A model generated the notes under the pieces. The model ran no database searches. It had not been told where the DNA came from and saw only the letters and a list, made by a program, of their open reading frames with translations. From Ignavibacteriales bacterium (lineage in GTDB: Bacteria > Bacteroidota > Ignavibacteria > Ignavibacteriales > DAOSCP01), in the NCBI GenBank assembly GCA_035361425.1, contig DAOSCP010000012.1:20633-84632 (forward strand): DNA of 64,000 nt, given 5' to 3'. Each line of letters starts with the position of its first letter. Position 1 is the first letter of the stretch. The translations under genes and the position numbers were made by a program. Shown here in pieces: positions 51,532 to 60,513 of this stretch.

Positions 51532-51695
51532 TTTACCAATGGTTTTACAACTTGTTCATTAATAAGCTGGCTATTATCTTTAACATCAAGTAGATGAACA
51601 GCAAAGTAAATTGAATTAATAATAGCCAAAATAATAACAGTACCAAACGAAATTCTTAATTTCGCCCTTAAATTTAATGATTTAATGAGTTCCAT
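51528..51695 (-). CDS. 55-codon ORF encoding the detached N-terminus (TM1 plus the start of the 4HB-type sensor domain) of the chemoreceptor.
   Basis: A GAGG SD lies 6 nt before the ATG at 51695. The ORF reads [55 protein letters not shown]. Its TGA overlaps the downstream ATG (ATGA, 51528-51531). It is too short for the supplied track. Confidence 0.65.
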   Translation of the reverse strand: MELIKSLNLRAKLRISFGTVIILAIINSIYFAVHLLDVKDNSQLINEQVVKPLVK

Positions 51696-52186
51696 ATAAA
51701 CCTCGATTATGTTATATTTTTACTTAATTTAAACAATAAAATAATTTAAAAAAATAAAATTATTCATCATTAAATATACATTAAAACCTTCATTTATTCA
51801 AATATTTTTACAAAAAAATAATTTTATTTAACTAACATTAAATTATAAAATAGTAAGAAAAAATTCATTAGAAACTATGGTTCTCTAGTAAATTCAAAAA
51901 AAATATTCTCATAGATGATATTATAAAATGAATTTTTTATATAGAAAGTGATTTCTCGTTTTGTAGTTAATCTATACTATTGCAGATAAATTAAGTTTAT
52001 GAAACTAAAAAATAAATTATCATTTTATAAGCTTTCAAAAAAATGTATCTCTTAACAAAATTTTTAACAATGTTAAATTTATATATTTTTATTTTTTAAT
52101 ATTAATTCATTTAAATTAATCATATTTTATTATAAAGTCAAGTAAAATTTTAATATCATTTTTTGTAAACTATATAACAAAATTAT

Positions 52187-52741
52187 TTGGGGGTAGCTTT
52201 GGAAATTACAGGAACAATCGCTTTTAAAGGCAATGAAGTAGATTGCCAAAATGAATTAGCAAAAAAAATGTTTGATGAACTGGAAAGTTACATTAAATCT
52301 TTAAATTTTACAAAAAATGATCCTTTCCGAAAAGGACATCTAATTCAAGTACTATACAAAGCACAAGAAATTTTTGGTTACTTGCCTGAAGAAGTTCAAA
52401 TATTTGTTGCAAAAAAAATGAATTTGCATCATTCTGAAGTTTCTGGAGTAATCAGCTTTTATAATTTTTTTACAACAACACCTAAAGGTAAGCACAAAAT
52501 TAATATATGTTTAGGAACTGCTTGTTTTGTAAAAGGAGCTTCAAAAATACTAGAAGAGTTCACCAATCAGCTTGGAATTGGACCGCAGGAGGTTACAGAA
52601 GATATGGAATTTTCTATTGATATTGTAAGATGTGTTGGCGCCTGTGGCTTAGCACCTGTTGTAGTTGTTGGAGATAGAGTATATGCTAAAGTTACAACCA
52701 GTGACGTTAGTAAAATAATTAAAGATTGTAAAGAAGCATAA
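52187..52741 (+). CDS. hydC: [FeFe]-hydrogenase NuoE-like subunit (thioredoxin-like [2Fe-2S]), HydC/HndA type.
   Basis: The four Cys of the NuoE cluster are present (C..TAC...C..GAC context: INICLGTACFVKG ... VRCVGACGLAPV). The start is uncertain: an in-frame TTG at 52199 lies 5 nt after GGGGG, and ATG 52268 is also possible. Confidence 0.85.
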   Translation: MGVALEITGTIAFKGNEVDCQNELAKKMFDELESYIKSLNFTKNDPFRKGHLIQVLYKAQEIFGYLPEEVQIFVAKKMNLHHSEVSGVISFYNFFTTTPKGKHKINICLGTACFVKGASKILEEFTNQLGIGPQEVTEDMEFSIDIVRCVGACGLAPVVVVGDRVYAKVTTSDVSKIIKDCKEA

Positions 52742-54654
52742 TGGAGCTATCTATGAAAAAAATTAAAAATAAACAAGAACTTATTGAACTATACGAAAAA
52801 TATAAATCTCTTGTTGTATTAAGAAATGCTGATCAAAAAGTTTTAGAAGATACAGAAAAAGCTAAAAAAACTAAATATAAAAGAGAAATACTCGTCTGCG
52901 GCGATACAGGATGTGCATCTGCTAAAAGTAAAGTTATTTATCATAATTTAAAAAAAGCTTTAGAAGAAAAAGGATTATCTGATAAAATTAATGTAATTCA
53001 AACCGGTTGTTTCGGTCTTTGTGAAAAAGGACCAATATTAATGTCATTCCCAGAAGAAAATTTTTACACAGAATTTAAGGAAGAATATATAAAGCAATTT
53101 GTAGAAGAACATTTAATTAATGGTAAAGAACTAGATAGATTGTATTATGTTGATCCAATAACAAAAAAACGTATTCCTAGAAGAAGTGAAATACCATTTT
53201 ACAAAAAACAATTCAAAATAGCTCTTAGAAATGTAGGGGTAATAAATCCAGGAGATTTAAAAGAATGTATCGCTGTTAAAGGTTATCAAGCTTTAGCACA
53301 ATGTTTAGAAATATCTCCTATGGATGTAATAAACATAATTAAAAAATCCGGTTTAAGAGGACGAGGTGGTGGAGGTTTCCCAACTGGTATCAAATGGGAA
53401 TTATGCCACAAAATGCAAGGCGATGAAAAATATATAATTTGTAATGCAGACGAAGGAGATCCTGGCGCTTTTATGGATAGATCAATTCTTGAAGGTGATC
53501 CTTTTAGTGTACTGGAAGCTATGACAATTGGTGGATATGCAATTGGTGCAAATAAAGGTGTTATTTATATTCGTGCGGAATATCCTTCTGCTATTGCAAG
53601 ATTACATGTAGCAATTGATCAGTTACGTGAACATGGACTCTTAGGAAAAAATATACTTGGTAGTGGCTTCGATTTTGATATAGAATTAAAATATGGCGCC
53701 GGTGCTTTTGTATGCGGAGAGGAAACTGCTTTAATAGCATCTGTTCAGGGTAAACGTGGTGAACCTACTACCAAACCACCATTTCCGGCCGAAAAAGGAT
53801 TATGGGGAAAACCAACTGTTGTTAATAATGTAGAAACTTTTGCAAATATTCCACCTATTATAATTAACGGCCCTGAATGGTTTGCAAGTATTGGAACTGA
53901 AAAGTCAAAAGGAACAAAAGTTTTTGCTTTAGCTGGAAATATTAACTATGGCGGTCTTATAGAAGTACCTATGGGAACTACTTTAAGAGAAATTATATAT
54001 GAAATTGGCGGCGGTATAAAAAACGGTAAACAATTAAAAGCTGTACAAACAGGCGGTCCTTCTGGTGGTTGTATTCCTAAAGATTATATTGATGTTCCTA
54101 TTTCTTATGAAAGTTTGACTGAAATTGGCTCGATGATGGGTTCCGGTGGTATGATTGTTATCGACGAGGATAATTGTATGGTTGATGTTGCTAAATATTA
54201 TCTTGATTTTACAACACACGAATCTTGTGGAAAATGTACACCTTGCCGTATTGGAACTAAAAGAATGCACGAAATTCTTACAAGTATCACTGAAGGTTAC
54301 GCTCCCGAGGACGCAATCGAAAAATTAGAAAATCTTGCTAAAGTTGTAAAAAATGCATCTCTTTGCGGGCTTGGGCAAACAGCTCCCAATCCTGTTTTAT
54401 CTACTATAAGATTTTTTAGAAATGAATATGAAGCACATATAAAAGATAAAAAATGTAAAGCAGGTGTTTGTAAAAACTTATTTACATACAGAATTAATGA
54501 TAATTGTACCGGATGTCTTGTTTGCTTAAAAAATTGTCCTGCAGGTGCTATTATGGGTGCCCCCCGCCAAAAACATATTATCAATTTCGAAAAATGCACA
54601 AAATGTGGTATTTGTTTCTTAAAGTGCAGATTCAATGCAATAGAAGTAGTATAA
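52741..54654 (+). CDS. hydB: [FeFe]-hydrogenase NuoF-like flavoprotein subunit (FMN/NAD(P)H binding, Fe-S clusters), HydB/HndC type.
   Basis: 637 aa. N-terminal thioredoxin-like Cys pattern, GLRGRGGGGFPTG (FMN site), NADEGDPGAF, ESCGKCTPCR (N3 cluster), and two C-terminal ferredoxin CxxCxxCxxxCP motifs. Confidence 0.9.
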   Translation: MELSMKKIKNKQELIELYEKYKSLVVLRNADQKVLEDTEKAKKTKYKREILVCGDTGCASAKSKVIYHNLKKALEEKGLSDKINVIQTGCFGLCEKGPILMSFPEENFYTEFKEEYIKQFVEEHLINGKELDRLYYVDPITKKRIPRRSEIPFYKKQFKIALRNVGVINPGDLKECIAVKGYQALAQCLEISPMDVINIIKKSGLRGRGGGGFPTGIKWELCHKMQGDEKYIICNADEGDPGAFMDRSILEGDPFSVLEAMTIGGYAIGANKGVIYIRAEYPSAIARLHVAIDQLREHGLLGKNILGSGFDFDIELKYGAGAFVCGEETALIASVQGKRGEPTTKPPFPAEKGLWGKPTVVNNVETFANIPPIIINGPEWFASIGTEKSKGTKVFALAGNINYGGLIEVPMGTTLREIIYEIGGGIKNGKQLKAVQTGGPSGGCIPKDYIDVPISYESLTEIGSMMGSGGMIVIDEDNCMVDVAKYYLDFTTHESCGKCTPCRIGTKRMHEILTSITEGYAPEDAIEKLENLAKVVKNASLCGLGQTAPNPVLSTIRFFRNEYEAHIKDKKCKAGVCKNLFTYRINDNCTGCLVCLKNCPAGAIMGAPRQKHIINFEKCTKCGICFLKCRFNAIEVV

Positions 54655-54667
54655 AAAGGAGATAACC

Positions 54668-56416
54668 ATGGCAGTAATTTATATAAACGGCAACAAAGTT
54701 GAATGTGATAACAACTTAACAATACTTGAAGCAACAAAAAACTTAGAAGATATTTATATTCCAACCCTTTGTCATCTGGACCTTGAAGCTTTTAATATCG
54801 AACATCATATTGGCTCATGTCGTGTTTGTATGGTTGATGTTGAAGTTGATGGAAGACGTAAAATGATGCCCTCTTGTGCAACCCCAGTAAAAGATGGTAT
54901 GATAATTCACACTAATACTCCCGAAGTTATTCATACTCGCAGAACTGTTCTTGAACTTATATTATCAGATCATCCTTTTGAGTGTTTAACTTGCTCTAAA
55001 AATGGTAATTGTGAACTTCAGTCCTTAGCAAAAGAATTTGGTATTACAGAAATATCATATAAAGGAAAAAAGAAAAATTATGCTATTGATATCTCCAGTA
55101 AAGCAATTAAAAGAGATTTAAACAAATGTATAATGTGTCGTAGATGCGAAACTGCTTGCAATATTCTTCAAACAGTTGGAACTTTAAGCGGCTATAAAAG
55201 GGGCTTTGAGGCCGTCGTTGCCCCTGCTAATTTAAAACCTCTTATTGATACAAATTGTACATTTTGTGGGCAATGCGTAAATGTTTGTCCTACAGCTGCT
55301 TTAACAGAAATATCATATATTAACGATGTTTGGCGAGTATTAAATGATAAGTCTAAAAAAGTTATTGTACAAACTGCACCAGCTGTTCGTGTTGGTATTT
55401 GTGAAGAGTTTTGCCTTGACCACTTTGATCCTGCTAATACCGGAAAACTGGTTACAGGCTTAAGAATGCTCGGGTTTGATACAGTTTTTGATACCAATTT
55501 TAGTGCCGATCTCACCATAATGGAAGAAGCTAACGAATTTATTCAACGACTTACAAAAGGCGGAAGATTACCTATGCTTACATCTTGTTGTCCAGGATGG
55601 ATAAATTTCCTCGAACATAATTTTCCTGATTTAATTGATATTCCGTCTACCTGTAAATCCCCACAGCAAATGTTCGGTGCAATTGCTAAAACTTATTATG
55701 CTAATAAAATTGGCATTGACCCTAAAGATCTCATAGTTGTATCTATTATGCCATGCCTTGCAAAAAAATACGAAGCTGGACGAAATGAATTTAAACGCAA
55801 TAACATTCCAGATGTTGATTATGTTCTCACTACAAGAGAATTAGCTGTTATGTTTAGAGAAGCCGGAATAAATCCTGCAAAATTGCAACCTAGCAACTAT
55901 GATAGCCCTTTAGGAACTTCAACAGGTGCTGCCGCTATTTTCGGTGTAACAGGCGGCGTTGTAGAAGCTGCCCTAAGAACTGCTTATGAATGGATAACTA
56001 ATGAAAAATTAGAACAAATTGATTTTAAAGAAGTCCGCGGCTTGCAAGGGATTAAAGAAGCAACTATTGATATCAAAGGTACTAAAGTTAAAATTGCTGT
56101 AACATCCGGACTTGGTAACGCTCGTAAAATCCTTGAAAAAATTGAAAGTGGTGAGGCCGATTATCACTTAATAGAAATAATGGCTTGTCCTGGTGGCTGT
56201 ATCAATGGTGGCGGACAACCTTACATTCACGGTGATACTCACAAAATTGTTGAAAGACTGAATGCTATTTACTCTATTGATGAAAAATCTGTTATCAGAA
56301 AATCACATGAAAATCCGGATATAATTAAGCTCTATCAAGAATTCCTGGGTGAGCCTGGTAGCCATAAAGCCCATGAATTATTACACACTAATTATTTTAA
56401 TCGAGAAATGGTATAA
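54668..56416 (+). CDS. hydA: [FeFe]-hydrogenase catalytic subunit (M3 architecture: 2Fe-2S + accessory 4Fe-4S clusters + H-cluster).
   Basis: 582 aa with an AGGAG SD. The H-cluster motifs are TSCCPGW (L1), MPCLAKKYE (L2) and EIMACPGGCINGGGQP (L3). The N-terminal ferredoxin-like Cys clusters are present. Confidence 0.92.
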   Translation: MAVIYINGNKVECDNNLTILEATKNLEDIYIPTLCHLDLEAFNIEHHIGSCRVCMVDVEVDGRRKMMPSCATPVKDGMIIHTNTPEVIHTRRTVLELILSDHPFECLTCSKNGNCELQSLAKEFGITEISYKGKKKNYAIDISSKAIKRDLNKCIMCRRCETACNILQTVGTLSGYKRGFEAVVAPANLKPLIDTNCTFCGQCVNVCPTAALTEISYINDVWRVLNDKSKKVIVQTAPAVRVGICEEFCLDHFDPANTGKLVTGLRMLGFDTVFDTNFSADLTIMEEANEFIQRLTKGGRLPMLTSCCPGWINFLEHNFPDLIDIPSTCKSPQQMFGAIAKTYYANKIGIDPKDLIVVSIMPCLAKKYEAGRNEFKRNNIPDVDYVLTTRELAVMFREAGINPAKLQPSNYDSPLGTSTGAAAIFGVTGGVVEAALRTAYEWITNEKLEQIDFKEVRGLQGIKEATIDIKGTKVKIAVTSGLGNARKILEKIESGEADYHLIEIMACPGGCINGGGQPYIHGDTHKIVERLNAIYSIDEKSVIRKSHENPDIIKLYQEFLGEPGSHKAHELLHTNYFNREMV

Positions 56417-56423
56417 AGTTATT

Positions 56424-56485
56424 AAATCGGTCGTATCGATAATTCCCTTACTTCATAGGAATACTCGGCGACCGATTTTCTTTGT
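56424..56485 (+). terminator. Long hairpin terminator after hydA.
   Basis: Outer 10-bp stem AAATCGGTCG / CGACCGATTT with an inner ATTCC/GGAAT helix, followed by TTTTCTTTG. Confidence 0.6.
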
Positions 56486-56522
56486 TAATTATTAAAATTT
56501 TTATAACTCTCTAAATCCGCTT

Positions 56523-57974
56523 TTATCTTAACAATAACAACTTTCTATTTACTTTATCTTTACCTAACTGGAAATTTAAAATATACAATCCAGATGGAAG
56601 ATTATCCAATTTAATTGTTATATTATTCTCACCGTTTGTAATTTCCCTAATATTATAGCTTTTAACAATTTTACCAGCTATACTGATAATATTAATCTTA
56701 ATATTGCTTAAATTATTACTGTAAAATTTTATATTTACATCTGGATTAGCAGGATTTGGATAAACTGTTACTTTAATATCGTTTTTTTTTATATCAAAAA
56801 TTTCACTTTTGTTGGAAACTACATCATTAAAGAGGAAAATCAATATTTCGTCAAGAGTTGCTTTCCATAATCCCCAACTATGCCCCTCATCATAGACAGA
56901 AGAGCCTATTAAATAACCTTTATTTTTCAAATTTTCAACTAAAGGAGGAACAATTCCACTTATGCTGCTTCCTTCATATGTACCAAAAACAGTATAGATT
57001 TTAATATCCTTTTTATCATTATTTTTATAAAGGTTTGATACTTCTTGATTATTTACCCAAAATGCAGGTGAGTGCCACCCTGATAATCCAAATACTTCTG
57101 GATAATTAAAAGATATATATCCAGATATATTCCCACCAAGTGATGTTCCTATAATTGCTCTTTTGTTTGCTGATTTTATAGTTCTATATTTGCTATCTAT
57201 ATAAGGTACTAATTCTTTTACCACAAAATTTGTATAACTTTCCTTTAATGCAAAAGCATACTCATCATTACGATTTGTAGGGACTACAAATACTCCAATA
57301 ATTGATGGTGTCAAGCTACTATCAATCAAATTATCAAAAATATTTTTTGCTTCTCCTAAAGTTAAATATTCATCTCCATCATTAAAGTATACTGTTGGAA
57401 AACTTTCCTCAGATAAATTATAATTATATGGTAAATAAACCCGAACTGTATAAGTTCGATTTGTATAACTACTATAAATTGTTAGAGTTTCAGTAGTTCC
57501 CTTTTTGGTATTTGGATAACTTTTTATTTCCCAAGGTTTTACATATTTTGGCATAGCAAGTTCGGAATTAGGCCCAAAACCACCATAACAATAATTTGGA
57601 TTATTCGGGTCTAATATCCAATTTTCATTAACTATAAGTTTGTAATCTAATCTTGCAGTTTCTGTAAATTTATAAGTACTATAATATAAGTCAGTCCCTT
57701 CAATTTTAGCAAAATTTGATGAGCTGGGTTGCCAACCATTAAAATCACCGGCCACTTTAATAGTAAGATTTGCTGTGCTTCTATACAAAAAAGTTGCAAA
57801 TTCTTTGTCAGTATAAGGTATCCCAACCTTTTTTGCTTCATTCCAAAAACTATCCACTTTAGCTTGCCTTTTTTCTATTGGCATACTATTAACTTCATTC
57901 AAAAAACTATTGAATGAGTTTTGTGCTAAAATTAAACAATTCATAACTATCACTACCCAAATAATTATTCTCAT
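56523..57974 (-). CDS. Secreted esterase-family alpha/beta hydrolase (PF00756-like) with an N-terminal E-set/CBM48-like domain and a T9SS C-terminal sorting domain.
   Basis: 483 aa. Signal peptide, AGDFNGWQP (CBM48-like), nucleophile elbow IGTSLGG, and the C-terminus ..VYPNPANP..INI...LPSGLYILNF....KLLLLR. Confidence 0.65.
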   Translation of the reverse strand: MRIIIWVVIVMNCLILAQNSFNSFLNEVNSMPIEKRQAKVDSFWNEAKKVGIPYTDKEFATFLYRSTANLTIKVAGDFNGWQPSSSNFAKIEGTDLYYSTYKFTETARLDYKLIVNENWILDPNNPNYCYGGFGPNSELAMPKYVKPWEIKSYPNTKKGTTETLTIYSSYTNRTYTVRVYLPYNYNLSEESFPTVYFNDGDEYLTLGEAKNIFDNLIDSSLTPSIIGVFVVPTNRNDEYAFALKESYTNFVVKELVPYIDSKYRTIKSANKRAIIGTSLGGNISGYISFNYPEVFGLSGWHSPAFWVNNQEVSNLYKNNDKKDIKIYTVFGTYEGSSISGIVPPLVENLKNKGYLIGSSVYDEGHSWGLWKATLDEILIFLFNDVVSNKSEIFDIKKNDIKVTVYPNPANPDVNIKFYSNNLSNIKINIISIAGKIVKSYNIREITNGENNITIKLDNLPSGLYILNFQLGKDKVNRKLLLLR

Positions 57975-58016
57975 AAAATTCCATAATTTTTTTACAAAAA
58001 TACAGGAATTTTTAGC

Positions 58017-58044
58017 AAAAAAAAACTGCCCTTTAGCAGGGCAG
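58017..58044 (-). terminator. Rho-independent terminator of glnN.
   Basis: 7-bp stem CTGCCCT / AGGGCAG with a 5-nt loop. On the minus strand it is followed by a run of about 9 T (plus-strand A-run at 58017-58025). Confidence 0.75.
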
Positions 58045-58052
58045 CTTTAAGT

Positions 58053-60236
58053 TTAGTAAATGAATAATATTTCATTGTATTTGGGTAATGGCCAAACTTG
58101 AGAATCTGTAATTTCTTCTAAGGCATCAACTGTTTCTCTAAGTTTGTACATTTTGTCATTTAATATATCTTCACAAAGTGCTTTGGCTACTAATTCTTCA
58201 TTCTCTGTATCATGTAGTTTTTCTAAGGAATTTTCCAAAGCTTCGATATTTATTAACAATTCATCAACTAATTTAGAATATTTATTAACATAATTCAATT
58301 TTACATCAGAGATATTCCCAAGGATATCCTTAGAATTTTTAAGGTTATTCAATACAATATTTTGATAATTAATAACAGCAGGTAAAATTTGGGTTTTTGC
58401 AATACCTAAAGCAGTTCTAGCTTCAATATCAATAATTTTGATATATTTTTCCAAATTTACCATATATAAAGCTTCAAGCTCATGAGGCTTTAATACATTA
58501 TGCTTTTCAAATAATTTTTTAGCTTTATCAGATATGAAAGCTTTTAATGCATCCGGGGTTGTTCTAAGATTTGGCAAGCCTCGTTTTTCAGCTTCTTCAT
58601 GCCACTCTTTAGAGTAATTATTACCTTCAAATCTAATTGGTTTAGATACTTTAATTTCTTCAATTAAAGTGTCAATAACTGCTTCATAAATATCATCATT
58701 AACACTTAATTTAGCTTTAATTTTTTCAGTTACTTGAGTAATAGCTTCGGTAACAATAGCATTTATTACAAAAGTAGCTCTAGCAATAGAAGCAGAAGAA
58801 CCAACAGCGCGGAATTCAAATTTATTTCCTGTAAATGCAAAAGGAGATGTTCTATTTCTATCAGTATTATCTTTTGAAATTAGCGGGAAATTTGGTATAC
58901 CTAAATCTATTTTCTCTTTATTAGTAAATAACATTTCGCGGTTATTTTCAATATGATCTAAAAATTTAGTTAGTTCCTCACCTAAAAATACAGACATAAT
59001 AGCAGGAGGCGCTTCATTAGCACCAAGTCTGTGATCATTTCCTGCTGAAGCAACTGAAGCACGTAATAGATCACCATATTCATAAACAGCTTTAATAACT
59101 GATACTAAAAATGTTAAAAATTGTAACTGTTCTAAAGATGTATTTCCTGGTGCTAATAAATTTTGTCCATCAGATGTTGACATTGACCAGTTAACATGCT
59201 TTCCTGAACCATTCACTCCAGCAAATGGTTTTTCATGAAGTAAAAGATAAAAATTGTGCTTATCTGCAACTTTCTTTAAAACTTCCATAACAATTTGGTT
59301 ATGATCATTTGCCAAATTGCTATTTTCAAAAATTTGTGCAATTTCAAACTGAGCTGGGGCAACTTCATTATGTCTTGTTTTTGCCGGAATACCTAATTTA
59401 TATAGTTCAACCTCTACTTCTTGCATAAAAGCTAATACTCTCGGCTTAATACTACCAAAATAATGATCTTCCATTTGTTGGCTTTTGGGAGGTTTTGCAC
59501 CGAATAATGTTCTACCAGTAATTAAAATATCTGGTCTATTATTAGCATAAAATTTATCAATCAAGAAATATTCCTGTTCAGGACCTACAGTTGTAGTAAC
59601 ACTTTTAACATCTTTTCCAAAAAGTTTAAGTAATTCAACAGCAGCTTTATCCAATGCTTGGCCTGATCTTAGCAATGGAGTTTTTTTATCCAAAACATCA
59701 CCTGTATAAGAAAGAAAGAGTGTTGGTATACAGAGTGTTTTGCCATTAGCATTTTCAACTATAAAAGCTGGTGATGTAGGATCCCATGCGGTATATCCTC
59801 TTGCTTCAAATGTAGATCTTAATCCGCCACTTGGAAAACTTGAGGCATCTGGCTCACCTTGTTTTAAATTACTTGCACTAAATCTTTCTATTGGTTTTCC
59901 ATTATTATCAAAAGAAAGAAACGCATCATGTTTTTCAGCAGTAGAGCCTGTTAATGGATGGAACCAGTGAGTATAATGTGTCACTCCATTATCACGTGCC
60001 CACTCTTTCATACCATGCGCTATACCTTCAGCAAGTGAATCATCTATTGGTTCTCCTGTTTGAATAATTTTTTGTAATTTTTCATAGACTCTATAAGGTA
60101 AATATCTTCTCATTGCTTCATCATTGAATACATTCTTACCATAATAACTGGTAACATTTTTTTCAAAATACTCATCAGAAATTGTTTTTGCCGTATGGCT
60201 TTTTACTGCGAACTCGTTAAAAAATGGTGATTTCAT
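58053..60236 (-). CDS. glnN: Glutamine synthetase type III.
   Basis: 727 aa. The length and sequence are typical of GSIII (..GPEQEYFLID.., ..NGSGKHVNWS.., ..NDHRLGANEAPPAI..). A GGAG SD is present. Confidence 0.9.
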   Translation of the reverse strand: MKSPFFNEFAVKSHTAKTISDEYFEKNVTSYYGKNVFNDEAMRRYLPYRVYEKLQKIIQTGEPIDDSLAEGIAHGMKEWARDNGVTHYTHWFHPLTGSTAEKHDAFLSFDNNGKPIERFSASNLKQGEPDASSFPSGGLRSTFEARGYTAWDPTSPAFIVENANGKTLCIPTLFLSYTGDVLDKKTPLLRSGQALDKAAVELLKLFGKDVKSVTTTVGPEQEYFLIDKFYANNRPDILITGRTLFGAKPPKSQQMEDHYFGSIKPRVLAFMQEVEVELYKLGIPAKTRHNEVAPAQFEIAQIFENSNLANDHNQIVMEVLKKVADKHNFYLLLHEKPFAGVNGSGKHVNWSMSTSDGQNLLAPGNTSLEQLQFLTFLVSVIKAVYEYGDLLRASVASAGNDHRLGANEAPPAIMSVFLGEELTKFLDHIENNREMLFTNKEKIDLGIPNFPLISKDNTDRNRTSPFAFTGNKFEFRAVGSSASIARATFVINAIVTEAITQVTEKIKAKLSVNDDIYEAVIDTLIEEIKVSKPIRFEGNNYSKEWHEEAEKRGLPNLRTTPDALKAFISDKAKKLFEKHNVLKPHELEALYMVNLEKYIKIIDIEARTALGIAKTQILPAVINYQNIVLNNLKNSKDILGNISDVKLNYVNKYSKLVDELLINIEALENSLEKLHDTENEELVAKALCEDILNDKMYKLRETVDALEEITDSQVWPLPKYNEILFIY

Positions 60237-60453
60237 TTCTACTCCGTTTATTTGTTGATGATAGTATGTTGGACGTTCTAAGATAAATTTAAAATATTTA
60301 GAAAAAAAATCAAGTATTGAAAGTTAAAACTTAGACAAATTAATATTATTTTAATATATACTTAACTATTTTGTAATATAATTTCACAATAATCATTATC
60401 ATAATTATATTTAAACACAATTCCTCATTTTGCCTATTAGTTCGCTTATATAA

Positions 60454-60487
60454 TAAAAAAAGGCAAGTATTTTTTGCTTGCCTTTTT
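60454..60487 (-). terminator. Rho-independent terminator after the coiled-coil protein gene (A-run/T-run on both sides, potentially bidirectional).
   Basis: 8-bp stem AAGGCAAG / CTTGCCTT with an 8-nt loop, flanked by A7 upstream and T5 downstream. Confidence 0.75.
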
Positions 60488-60513
60488 AATTCTTTTTGAT
60501 TTATAAACTATAA

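Noticed and set aside
54297-54764. 155-aa minus-strand ORF spanning the hydB/hydA junction. It is the longest unexplained ORF in the track.
   Set aside because: It is entirely antisense to two genes with unambiguous Fe-S, FMN and H-cluster motifs. Its sequence is Cys/Leu/Phe-rich mirror-frame text with no SD or recognisable motif, so it is an antisense artefact.
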